A DNA stretch of 64,000 nucleotides from Octopus bimaculoides. Lineage: Eukaryota. Location of the stretch: positions 4,759,632 through 4,823,631 of the forward strand of contig NC_068989.1 in NCBI RefSeq assembly GCF_001194135.2. Reading direction: 5' to 3'. Under the pieces are notes generated by a model, which was given only the letters and a program-made list of their open reading frames with translations, ran no database searches and was not told the DNA's origin. Of this stretch, positions 1-11,640 are shown piece by piece. Each line of letters begins with the position of its first letter. Position 1 is the stretch's first letter. The translations under genes and the position numbers were made by a program.

Positions 1-700
1 GAACACCTTTCATCTTGAAACCAAAGAGGGTCGTTTTTCTTCTAGCGCTGACTTAAGCCACTCAAGCTGCTCGCAGTAGATCTCCTTTGTTATCATTTGG
101 TTTGGGTTTAAAAGTTCAACGTGAACTAAACCTTTCATATTCCTCCAAATAGATAGCAACACCATACGTGGGGGAAGACCTTTTTTCTCCTGGGGTGCCG
201 GTGTTTCTCCTTTCCCTACCCACTGTCTTCAATGCTTGACATTTTTATAGAGAACCCATTTCTCATCACCAGTCACTATTCTGTCGAAAAAGGTTCATTC
301 ATGAGATGTGACAGTAAAGAAGAGCACACATTCACTCTCTGCACACGATTAGACTCAGAAAGTTTGTGAAGAACCCACTGACCCAATTTGCTGATTTTCT
401 GATGGCACCCCCTCTTTTTCCCATCTGCTAGTTCCTTAACAGTTATGATGGGATTTTGTTCCACCGGGGTTTGCAGGATGCCTCATTGAACTCTACAGAT
501 CTTCCAGAAGGAGGCTCATCTTCTAGGCTGTTTTTTACAAATTGGAATTTCTGGAACTACTGTTGACACTGGTTTACGCTTATTGTCCGATCCCCATATA
601 CTACATTAATATTTCTCACACTTTCCATTGCGTTGTTGCCTTTATTGAACTCAAAGCAAAACATGCTGAATTGGATTAATACCTCTATCTTTGTCTGTGG
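1..700 (-). pseudogene. Degenerate mariner (Tc1/mariner, DD34D-type) transposase, truncated by the window edge
   Basis: Manual minus-strand translation across frameshifts and stops gives EFNKGNNAMESVRNINVVYGDRTISVNQCQQ*FQKF (HTH), EDEPPSGRS, KLGQWVLHKLSESNRVQRVNVCSSLL (WVPHEL motif), DRIVTGDEKWVLYKN (first catalytic Asp) and VLLSIWRNMKGLVHVELLNPNQMITKEIYCEQL. These motifs are in mariner order. Confidence 0.92.
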
Positions 701-879
701 CTGCAAACATTCAGGCCAGTTCTATGGATAGCTTCTTCCTTTCCCCCATCAACTGAAAAGAGTTGTAGGTATTGCTCTTCATCCTCTTGTTGTACGATAA
801 AAAACAAGACCAAATGTGATAGGTTCTAGTCAGTTAGTATGGCCATTTTATTAAATCCATCACATAAAATTTAGGATCT

Positions 880-1090
880 TATGTAAATATAAGAAACCAT
901 TATTAGAGTTCACTTGAGCTGTTAAAAGTAACAACCAAGTCTCCCTTTTATACATTGCTATCTTAAAAAAGCTTGGACACATTGAATAATGTAACTCTAG
1001 ATATACTATATCTGAATACATGATGGATGGCTAAGGCTGGAATTGCTTTGATCAAAGGTCTGTTAGCCCAGAGTTTGATCTAAAACAACC
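880..1090 (+). mobile_element. Family E interspersed repeat (SINE-like, (AAC)n tail), degenerate copy
   Basis: GGACACATTGAATAATGTAACTCTAGATATACT...GGCTGGAATTGCTTTGATCAAAGGTCTG...CTAAAACAAC; this family recurs more than 10 times in the window. Confidence 0.6.
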
Positions 1091-1348
1091 ACTACCATCA
1101 TCATTCTTTGATCAATTACTTCAGCAAGAGAAATGTTTGTGTGTTTTGTCTCAACTTGAGCATGTGCAGATAAATTTACAAATATTCCAAAATAGAAATT
1201 GAGGAAATTAGGTAAATAGATCAATAACTATTTATTTGATCAGCAAACAGTCTGATAAATATTTTTATTCCTTGTTTTTTTAAAGTTGCCCATCCTAAAA
1301 TCTTAGAGTGAAAGCATGAAGTTTTCATTTGAAAGGCAGTATGACAGT

Positions 1349-1660
1349 TTATTCCTGAGTCAGCAGAAACAGGGTGTTGTTGTTGCTCGTCTGTGTGTTT
1401 GAAAAATTACTGGGAAACAGTTGAACAGATTTTCACCAAATTTGGCAGAAATGCTCATTGGATGAGTGGCTTGCACTCAATGAATTCTGGTTTGGTAAAT
1501 CAAAATGTTTTTTTTTTTTTTGTTTACGTATGCATAAACGATAAGCAGGGGAAATAACTCTTGATGTTGAAATACGAATTCGTATGAGACTATTAAATTA
1601 AATTAAATTTTATTTTATCCTTGTATGCGCACAGGGCATGCATCGCCCCTCTAATGCCTT
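1349..1660 (+). mobile_element. Helentron/HINE-like non-autonomous element
   Basis: TG-rich start, core ACTGGGAAACAGTTGAACAGATTTTCACCAAATTTGGCAG, and 3' GC-rich hairpin GGGC-ATGCATC-GCCC (1634-1648) followed by a T-run. The layout resembles DINE-1/HINE-type elements; assigned from recollection. Confidence 0.45.
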
Positions 1661-1694
1661 TTTTTTTTTCATTATACTACTTTAGTTCTGTTAA

Positions 1695-1890
1695 CATTGT
1701 TTAACCCCTGGTTGTCTCTTATCCAGCAGACTTAAAACCAAAAGTATCCCAGATGTGCCCATCCTGTATCTTGTGTATCTAGCACATTATTCAGTGTATA
1801 CTTGTTTTTTTTTTATGAAAATGGAGTGTTATTTGAAGAAGGTATCGTTGTGATTGCTACCAGGTTGAAACCCACGTAGAAGTTGCGTTG
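1695..1890 (-). mobile_element. Family E repeat copy
   Basis: TTGTTTAACCCCTGG...GTATCTAGCACATTATTCAGTG...TGCTACCAGGTTGAAACCCACGTAGA; inverted relative to the 880-1090 copy. Confidence 0.55.
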
Positions 1891-2729
1891 TTGGTTTGTT
1901 TCTTTAATGTTGGCTTCCAAAGCATTGAGCTAAACTGTATTGTTAGGATTGCATTTGTGTTCTTGTATCTTTGCTGCACCCATCAAAACTATCATCATCA
2001 TCATTTGCTATGAGTAAAGCTATTAAAACAATTTTGTTGTATACTTTTGTATTTTGATTTTTTTAATTAGTGTTCAAATTAGAAGAACAAGAATTTTCTT
2101 TGTTGTAGATTCTTTTGGTTGACTGCAATTTTCATTTTTCTTGTTTATTATTGATAAAAAAATATCAAAAGTTTAAAAAGACTTTTTTCCTTTGACTTCT
2201 ATTAAACATTTCTTTTTTTATAATTTAATTTCATTGTCATTTTCAATTTTTGTATTTTTAAGGAATTTTTCTTTTATCGAGTGAAAGAACTCAATCTCTA
2301 GCAGGATTTCTACTTTATGGTCTTAGCATTAAGTTAATGCATGCATACATACAAACGTGCATACGTGCACATGCACATATGCTGTCATATAAACACAAGA
2401 GTCAATGAACATAATCATGCACAAATACTTGCAAACAAATGCACTTGCTCTTCTACACATACATGCAAACATAGCATTCACAGGTATGCACATACATAAA
2501 GACACTTAACCATGTGTGCATGCAGATAAACAAAGTGCAGTATAACCACGTGCATGTGCACTCATACATGTATCCAAGCAAATGTACACATGTTGTGCAA
2601 ATACATACTTTCATGGGCACACATGCATGAAAACACAAACACAAGAGAGCACACATACATAAAGATGTACGGTCACATAGAAGTATGTGAGCACACTATT
2701 ATACATACTCAAACCCTCACATACTTCTA

Positions 2730-2764
<35 letters not shown>

Positions 2765-3312
2765 CACACGCATATCACTCCTCTCTTTATGACACACCAT
2801 TTTCCTTAACAATTCAGAAATGGAATGCCTGAAGTGACTTTTTTAATTTCTATGTTAATTTTAAAATTGTTCAATGGAGGTGAAGATCAGACATGCTAAA
2901 TCCACAACAATTGACTTAATTAGACCTTTGGACAGGATATGTTCATCTGACCTGTTTGTTGCTGTTACTCCACTCCAGATTACTCTCATCCAGTAGACCT
3001 ATAATCAGTGGTATTCCAGCTATGATCATCTTGTTGTAAATGAATGTGCATTCATTTCCTATATTCTACATTAACATGTCTGACTATAGGGAAATATTAG
3101 CTTACTTGGGAGCTTACCTTTTTGATAGGAAACCAGATTATTGCAGGTAACATCCCCTGATGACTTGGTGCCTATTGCCTGGTAGTTCAGTGAACTGAGA
3201 CAATTTCAAATAAGGTTTTGCTCAGAAGCACATAAAAATTCTGCTTTGCATCAGACTTAAACTTGTGATTCCACAAGGAGGTAGTCAGACATTACCCACA
3301 GTAATATAGAGT

Positions 3313-3466
3313 AGCTGTGTTGTATGTAGCTTGCTTACCAACCACATGGTTCCAGGTTCAGTCCCACTGCATGGCACCTTAGGCAAGTGTCTTCTACTAT
3401 AACCTCAGGCCTACCAAAGCCATGGGATTGGATTTGGTAGACAGAAACTGAAAGAAGCTTGTCGTG

Positions 3467-3497
<31 letters not shown>

Positions 3498-3700
3498 TTG
3501 TGTGTCCGTGTTTGTCCCCCCAATATCGCTTGATAAGTGATGCTGGTGCATTTATGTCTCCGTAACTTCGCAGTTCAGCAAAAGAGACCAATAGAATAAG
3601 TACTAGGCTTACAAAGAATAAGTCCTGGGGTCAATTTGCTCAACTAAAGGCAGTGCTCCAGCATGACCACAGTCAAATGACTAAAACAAGTAAAAGAGTA
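3313..3700 (+). mobile_element. SINE-B, near full length, with internal (TA)/(TG) microsatellite
   Basis: Head CCAACCACATGGTTCCAGGTTCAGTCCCACTGCATGGCACCTTAGGCAAGTGTCTTCTACTATA (B-box-like GGTTCAGTCC); tail GTGCTCCAGCATGACCACAGTCAAATGACTAAAACAAGTAAAAG; many paralogous copies in the window. Confidence 0.85.
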
Positions 3701-3704
3701 TAGT

Positions 3705-3735
<31 letters not shown>

Positions 3736-4560
3736 AGGGGAAATAGCAAGTATTCTGTGGTTTAATCAGTAGTAATGTTGTTGCTGAAAAATCAATCAAC
3801 TTGTTTCTCTTTTCTGATTTAAATTGATTATTATGTCTAATATAATTTAAGTTAAAATTTTAGCATTTAATTTGTAACAATAATTATTATAATAATGATT
3901 TCTTACAGAGGTACAAAATCACAAATTGTATGGTTGAAGAAATGGGATATTTGCATTGTCTATATATTATGGCTAATGACTTTGCCATTATAATTTATAC
4001 TAAGAGAATCACTGTCCTCTGCGTGCGTTTCTCATAGTTTATGTATTATATAATGATGACTTTTTCTCTCACCCTTATGTACATGTGCTCATGCGCACGC
4101 ACACACACACGCACACACACACACAGAGTACTACATTGCCTAGTGTGTCCTTTCCTAATTTAAATGATAGGGTGAAATCTGAAAGGAATTTAGGTCAAGC
4201 AATCACATAGAAGCTTCCTTAAACATCAAGACTAACTTACATTGCTATCATTTGACAAAAGAAAATGTTTAGTGGTGAAATATGAAATATGAATTACATA
4301 GGGAATGTGATAGGTAACAAGATGAAGGGTTGGTGATGTTTCAGTTACATATTTTGATATACTTACATGAGCTTTCTTATAAGTGAAATGAATTAACTAC
4401 TGTTCAGAATTGAAACCAAATTGCAGACTTGGCTTGCCATAAGCTTACTTGTTTATCATTTATCAGTTTCTATACTATGTTAATAATAGTAGTATTAATA
4501 GTAATAATAATAAATTCCTCTTTTGTTGTCAAATTATGTATTGTCGTTGATAAAGACTTG

Positions 4561-4627
4561 AAATTAACTTGTTTTCTTTTATTTCTTTTGCAGGTAAGTT
4601 GACCTGAGCTTTTCATATTTTGTGAGT
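4561..4627 (+). other. Candidate recursive splice site (ratchet point) with cryptic RS-exon 4594-4621
   Basis: Branch-like TTAAC (4564-4568), pyrimidine tract TTTTCTTTTATTTCTTTTG, CAG (4591-4593) directly followed by GTAAGT (4594-4599), and a second donor GTGAGT at 4622-4627. Confidence 0.6.
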
Positions 4628-4756
4628 AAAGTACCAATCAATTATTTTTTATAATTTACTTTCCGTTGGTTTTGATTTAATATAGGATCTTTTGATTAGT
4701 GAGAGACTGGATGGCATCAGCAAAAACATTGATGGTTTATATTCTTTTAGTGACAT

Positions 4757-4973
4757 TAAGGCAGCGAGCTGGCAGAACCGTTAGCACGCCGTGCGAAATG
4801 CTTAGCGATCTTTCATCTGTCTTTATGTTCTGAGTTCATATTCTGCCGAGGTCGACTTTGCCTTTCATCCTTTCGGGGTTGATAAATTAAGTACCAGTTG
4901 CGTACTGGGGTCGATCTAGTCGACTAGCCCCCTTCCTAAAAAATTCGAGCTTTGTGCCTAGAGTAGAAAAGAA
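4757..4973 (+). mobile_element. SINE-A (tRNA-derived), near full length, CpG-rich copy
   Basis: GGCAGAACCGTTAGCACGCC head, GAGTTCATATTC B-box-like, central GCCTTTCATCCTTTCGGGGTTGATAAATTAAGTACCAGTT domain, tail TTGTGCCTAGAGTAGAAAAG. Confidence 0.85.
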
Positions 4974-6530
4974 TTTCATTGGATTTTAGTATGTATTCTT
5001 TGTGCTCTTTTATCATGTGTATAACATGTATTGGAACACATGCACATGACACTGTTTTGTACAACACAGTTGAATAGATGGAAGCTGGTTAACATTATGT
5101 TGCAGTTCTGTTCCTTCTTGTTTGGTGGGCTGTAGATTTCAAGACAATATTACTAGATTTCAAGGCAATTACGAATTACATATCTAATAATGTTGTACTG
5201 TTTTTTTTATTCCCCCCCCCCCTGTAACCTCATTTATCACTGATTCTTTCATCACTGGTCTGAGAAAATATGGAATACTCAATTTTGAACCATGTTCACA
5301 GATTGATCCAGGTACTGAGCTCTGGGACAAACTTACAGCTCTATGCAGTGCTGAAAAGTTGACAAATTAGTACAATCACTTGGAGTGTTAAACTTCTATC
5401 GGGCTGAGTAAATTAATGTGCATCAAAAAGTTATCTAAAAATAAATGTGGTAAGAAAATATAAAAAAAAACATCTTACTTAAGGACTTATATTCATTATT
5501 CTAATAAGTTTGAGAGGAAAGTCCAAACATGTTTTGGTCTTATGCTGACCTCATCAACAAAGCATAGCCTCCATTGTACCACCAAAGTGGTTTATAAAAT
5601 AAAAACTAAGTAAAATGTATTTACATTTACTAAAGATTTTACATTTTGTAGCATAGGAAAATGAAATGGTTTAAAAATAAAATAATTTATATATGTAGTG
5701 AATCTTCATGAAATGCAACGATTAAGTTAGAAAGTAAGAATATTTAATGCAATGGACATTACTAAGCTAATTAGAATGAGATAACTTGTTCTAAATGCAC
5801 TTATGGTAAACGAAATGAACAACTCCCATTTTTATTGAACTTCTGCTGCTACTTAAAGTGGTGAATTTATACTCACATGAAGTGCTTGTGTGTAGTGAGC
5901 GTGACTTGGTACCGGATGATTAATAGCTATATCTTTTGAAGAAAGCTCTATGACAACAGAAATGTACTCTGGTCTTTGATTTTGTTTTCCTTGGTGGTGG
6001 TTTTCCCTCAATTACACCAAAGTGCTGAGATCTCTATTTACTATAGCCACCCACTTGTTGAGGAGCTGCAGTTTCCTTGTGTGGTCAGCCATAGCAAATG
6101 ATGTTCCTATGGTTGTCTAGCACTGTGTGTGTGTGTGTGTGTATGTTAGAGAGAGAGAGAGATTTTGGATTTTGGGCAATAATAAAAGTACCCACTACAT
6201 ATAAAATTTATTTGATTATTCCAAGCTTAGAAGAAAAAAGTACACACACACACAAACACACACATAAAATTGCAACATTTATGATAGAATTTGAACCACT
6301 GACCTCCTATACCATTTACCTGGTACTTATCAAAAACACACATACAGACACACACAGACACACACACCAGTTCATGCATGGGTGTTTGAAGAACAAACAT
6401 TGATGTTGTTAATCTTCTGGAATAAACAAAAGAGGATCAGGGAACTTCTGAGGAGATTATGTTGCTCTGAAGTATTTGCTGACTCGCGTTTTTTTCTCAA
6501 CTATTGCCACAACAAACTACTTTTGCAGCT

Positions 6531-6531
6531 G

Positions 6532-6606
<75 letters not shown>
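6531..6606. repeat. Compound trinucleotide microsatellite (CTA)n-(ATA)n
   Basis: Directly visible perfect arrays. Confidence 0.95.
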
Positions 6607-6680
6607 TTACTTCTTATATAAGCATTTTTTAATATCCTCTATTTCTTTCTCGTTTGCTTGCTTTCTTGCTTCTTTTTAAA

Positions 6681-6725
6681 ATGAACTCCGCCTGTGAGCC
6701 AGATGTACATAACACACTATTAAAG
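6681..6725 (+). CDS. Candidate alternative first coding exon (MNSACEPDVHNTLLK, phase 0)
   Basis: AAAATG start, 15 open codons, strong donor AAG|GTATGT at 6726-6731; non-repetitive sequence; no homology recognised. Confidence 0.25.
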
Positions 6726-8330
6726 GTATGTTCGTGTATGACAGTGTGTGTGTGTGTGTGCGTATGCATTTACTCATACACACACACACAAGAAAAAAAA
6801 ATGCAAACACGTTTACTAACCTTCAACTCTTCAAAGATGGCATCAATGGTATGAATATCAATCTCTACCCTTCACTCACAGCCAGTGATTCTGTCTCAGC
6901 CCCCCCCCACTCACCCTTTCCAGATTCTGGGAAATACATACACATAGATAAAACACTCAAGTGCATATACTCACATCCACATTCATTCGCACGCGTTTTA
7001 ATCAGACGTGTGTGTAGAAATACATTCAGCTTTTTCTTGCTGATATTTTTCATACCAAATGTTGTGTATACAAATTGATTCCCTTCGCCACCATACCTTC
7101 ACCACCTCTTTAAAACCAAAGTCTCAACCCTTTTGAAGTATAAAACCACCCCTCCTGGTTCTATAATACAAACTTCCTTCTTTAAAGTTATTTAAATTAT
7201 AACCTTCCATCTATATTTCATGTTAATTTATCTTCGAAACACCAGCTTAAAAATGACAGTTATTTACTAAATTATTCATTATTTTCAAAATTAATTGAAG
7301 TGAAAGCAGTATATTTCATCAGAAATAAAGTATACATTAACTTGTCATTACCTCTAGTGTAGTTATCTTCTGTAGCACTAAACAGTTCTCTCTATCCTTT
7401 CCTTGTTTATACGTGCATGTATGTATGATCCTGGTCTCACTTCCATGGTTAGGCAATGCAGTGTAGCCTTGAGCAAGGCACTTCATTAAAAATGGAAATG
7501 TGTAATTGCAATAGTGGTGGTGGTCATGCAAATTAACCCTGTGACAGTCTGACATCCTGTTCAGGGAAGAGCTCCATTTTCTGTCATTTAACCAAGTTAC
7601 AATTTACAAATCAGAGTAAGCTCCAGCCTTGAAAGCCCCTCTGCTTCAATTTCAGGCCTTGTGCCTATAGTAGAAAGGATTATTCATATTTTCTTCCCCT
7701 TTTTTTAAAAAAATTTTTATCCATTCTTTGATACTGCCTCCAGGTTCTTTTAAACACTTGCTTAATTAAATAGTTTTTAATTGCCACAGGTTACCCCCCG
7801 CCCCCACACACACACTCTCTCAACATTTTTCCTGTCATCTTTTACTTAATTTTCTGTTTTTTCATTGTTTTCACTATTTGAAGTTTATAAAACATTTTCT
7901 TTTTATTTTCTGTACTCCTCTCCTTTCCCTATCTCTGATTTCTGTTCATAATTTCGTCTTTTTGTCTTATCTTTGATTTTTATTTTCTTTCTTATAATAA
8001 TATTTTTAAATATCAATTTGCCCAGAGGGATGTGTGTATGAATGAGATTTATTTTGCACGACTTTTACTAGTTTCAATTATTGCAATGGAGGCCATGCTA
8101 GGGCATCATCTTCTATCGTGTTGTTGATTATATATATATATATTCCAGTGTTTGCTTTATTGACTAGTATATATTTCATTGGTCCCCTCCCCCTAGAAGA
8201 ATGAGAGGAGAATTTGGATGAGATTTGAACTTGGATCATAAAAGAACATAAGATACCACATGCTATTTTTTCTATCTAATGCTCTACTGATTCTGCCATC
8301 CACCCATATGTATGTATGTGTTATTTTTTT

Positions 8331-8480
8331 TTTTACTTGTTTCAGTCATTGGACTGTGGCCATGCTGGAGCACTGCCTTAAAGGACTTCAGTTGAATAAA
8401 TCAACTCTAGTACTTATGATTTTGTTTTGTTTTTATGAGAATGTAAACAAACCTGCAGCAGTTGTCAAGTGATTGCAGGA
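8331..8480 (-). mobile_element. SINE-B tail fragment
   Basis: TTTTACTTGTTTCAGTCATTGGACTGTGGCCATGCTGGAGCACTGCC is the reverse complement of the SINE-B tail. Confidence 0.8.
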
Positions 8481-8484
8481 TGAT

Positions 8485-8535
<51 letters not shown>

Positions 8536-8747
8536 TTTTCTATAGATGGATGCCCTTCATACCACCAACTCTTACTTGTTTCCAAGTAAGATATTTCCTC
8601 ATGACCTGGCATATTTTTGCAGAATATTGGAAATAGACACCACTTGCATGATGGTGACACTCATTTACAAGTTAAGATATGGAGACAGTAACTCAAACAT
8701 GTACAACAGGCTTCCTACAGTTTCTATGTTCTAGGTTTACTCATGGT

Positions 8748-8878
8748 TGGTCCAGGGCTGTAGTGGAAGACTCTTGTCTGAGGTGCCACATTGTGAACTG
8801 AACTCAGAACCATGTGGTTGGGAAACAAACCTCTTACCACACAGCCATGCCTGTATGTGTGTGTGTGTAATATATATA

Positions 8879-8911
<33 letters not shown>

Positions 8912-9064
8912 ATTGGGCTTCCACACATTTCCCATTTACACTCACAAATCATTAGTTAGCCCAGGGCTATAAACAGAAGACACCTGCCCAAGGTGCTGCT
9001 CAGTAGGACTGAACTGGAAACTGCATAGTTACAAATCTTAATCACACAGCCATGCATGCACCTG
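8748..9064 (-). mobile_element. Two tandem SINE-B head fragments (8748-8855, 8915-9064) separated by a microsatellite
   Basis: Both contain the reverse-complement head: GAAGAC(T/A)C(T/C)TG...AGGTGC...GAACT...CACACAGCCATGC. Confidence 0.75.
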
Positions 9065-9180
9065 TGTGTAAGGATTATTTGTAGTTCGTTGGTTCTAATT
9101 TACTTTGTTGATAAATTCAGTGTGATATTTAATAGGATTCTAACCTTAATTTCAAAGTAACGAGTAGCCCAAATTAAAAA

Positions 9181-9456
9181 GAAACACCCCACTCCCTCCC
9201 AAAAGCTAGTTGTTGCCCAATCAGGCAACCCTGGGCTGTTTAGTGTCATTGTATGACTGGCTGGATAGCTTGATGGCTTGTGGGTGCTGTTGGTTAACCG
9301 GTTGGTGCCAGATTTTCCCGATGCATTTTTCAATTGCTGTTCTTCAAAACATCAACTTTGTTTATTTTAATCCTTTTCCTATCAGACTTAAATATCAGAA
9401 CCCACTTGTTTATTTAACAGATAGACAGAAACCTCTTTACTTCAAAGGAGGTAAAA
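9181..9456 (+). promoter_or_regulatory. Promoter-like unique island with CACCCC/CCCTCCC boxes, a GTTGCC-CAATCA-GGCAAC palindrome and a candidate donor
   Basis: Inverted repeat 9212-9229 overlapping a CCAAT box; ATG at 9321 open to donor GAG|GTAAAA at 9451. Confidence 0.3.
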
Positions 9457-10212
9457 AAAGAAGAAAACAAATCTTCCAGGTGACCCTGTACCTTATCTAT
9501 TTCTCCTCCCATGAATGCAGGTGCAGGGAGTTGAGGGATGAAAGGAAATTTGTTGATGATAATAATAGCAGCAACAAAAACAAAAACAACAAAAATGATG
9601 GTGGTGGTGGTGAAATGAGAGAGGGGTGTATCTTAAAAGAATTCTAATCAAAGTTCAACACCCAAGGAAAATAACTTGCTTTTTCACTGTCTCTGTCTTT
9701 CCTCTCTCTGATTCTCTCTCTCTCTCTGACTCTCTCTCTCTCTCTCTCTCTCTTCCTCTCTCTCTCTCCATTTTCACTCCTTATCTCTTTGCTTCAATAT
9801 TTGCCTCTCCCACCCAAATATATGCACTCTTCCTCTCTCTCTCTCTCTCTCTCTCTCTGCTGTCTCCTTCTCAACAAGATCCTGTTGTAAACATAGTTGT
9901 AGAGGTGTGGGAATAGGGGACTGAGATAGGGTGGAAATCAGTGAAACAGAGAGAAGCTGAAGACATGTTGCACATGCCAGTGGTGGTAACTGAGGGTTGT
10001 AGTGCTAGGATTTGCACTCCACTCTCTACTTACTCCCCACCAAATGACTAATTTAAAATAAGATATGTAAACATAGATTGTTCAGATTTAAGGATACATC
10101 TGAGAACTGCAGGAGGCCAGGGTGGTATTTATGTCTGGCGAGTAAATGAAATAAGTATGGGGTCTCAACTGAAATACTGGGTGGTAAAGTCGAGGGTTAT
10201 TATTGATGGAAG

Positions 10213-10402
10213 ATGGGCAGAATTGTAAAGCATTGGATGAAATGCATTGCAGTATTTCTTCTGACATTTTACCACTAAGGTGAACATTGCCTTTCATCCT
10301 TCTGGAGTCAATAAGATAAAAGTACCAGTTGACTACTGGGGTTGATGGTATTGACTAAGTCTCTCCTCTCAAAACTGCTGGCCTAGTACCTAAATTAGAA
10401 AC
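10213..10402 (+). mobile_element. SINE-A copy
   Basis: GGGCAGAATTGTAAAGCATTGGATGAAATG head, GCCTTTCATCCTTCTGGAGTCAATAAG...AGTACCAGTTG domain, GCTGGCCTAGTACCTAAATTAGAAAC tail. Confidence 0.8.
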
Positions 10403-10562
10403 ATTTTTATTTGTAGAGATTATAGTAATTGTAAATGTGGTAATGATGATGGTGGAGGAAATATGTGTGGCAAATGGTTATAAACACATACTGTTCAGAA
10501 CTTGCCTCCACACAAAGTATGTGATGGGTATGAGGTAGGTGTGTGGTTGCTTTGATGTCCAT

Positions 10563-10563
10563 A

Positions 10564-10607
<44 letters not shown>

Positions 10608-10700
10608 TTAATGTCCACTTTTCCATGCTTGTATGGAACAGACAGTTTCCTGAGGCAGATTTTCTATTGCTAAACCCTCCATACCCTGAACTATTTTCTC
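10563..10700 (-). mobile_element. (CAT)15 tail plus 3' end of a SINE/RTE-like repeat
   Basis: CATCATTTAATGTCCACTTTTCCATGCTTG...GAGGCAGATTTTCTA is the reverse complement of the tail seen at about 62060-62130. Confidence 0.7.
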
Positions 10701-10723
10701 TACACATTACTGAATGTATGTAT

Positions 10724-10766
<43 letters not shown>

Positions 10767-11152
10767 CACACGTTCATACATGCACTTTCCTCCCTCTCCC
10801 TCACACTTGCCTTTCCATTCACATTAACCCAAAAAATGTTGGTCTAATTCTCACCTGGCTGTCTCAACTAATATACATTTATATCTCTGCGTATGCTATT
10901 CATTTTTTCTTAAGTATGCATATATGAATGTTTATCTGTGTATGCTTGTGTTTGTGCATATACATATATACATCTTATATACAAGGTTGCATTGAGCACT
11001 TTTATATTTTCATACCACAAAATAAACAAGAACCATACACAAACACACGTATATTTTCACATGGATACATTACTTAATTTTAATAACATCTTTCTCTCCC
11101 TCTATCACAGTTTATTGCAATCAATTTTGTAGACTCTCTCTGTCTATGTCTG

Positions 11153-11233
<81 letters not shown>

Positions 11234-11395
11234 AAATGGAACGTAAACAAGAGTGAGATGAAAATAGATAACACACCTGCTGGGAATTGAACCAAACACC
11301 TTTAAGTTCTCAACGAAGTGTGCAGTGTTATGTACATAATTGGTCCCTAAATATTTGTTGGATTTATCTGAATGGGTGTGAGTGAGAGAGAGAGT

Positions 11396-11434
<39 letters not shown>

Positions 11435-11640
11435 TCTGTGGTGTCAGAATAATAATAATGGTGATGATAATATGTAAACACAACTTCAGTCTGCACTAAG
11501 ATTACTATTTACTTTATTTCAGTTGTATAAATGTATTTGTGTTGGTTAAGGTTGAAATGTTTGTGATAATTAGAGAATGTGGAATCCGTTTCCCAGAGAT
11601 TTTCTATTTTCTGTATAGAATTGGTATTTTATATATATAT

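Noticed and set aside
5225-5370. About 45-codon open frame (SFITGLRKYGILNFEPCSQIDPGTELWDKL...)
   Set aside because: No upstream AG acceptor or ATG, and the length is within chance expectation.
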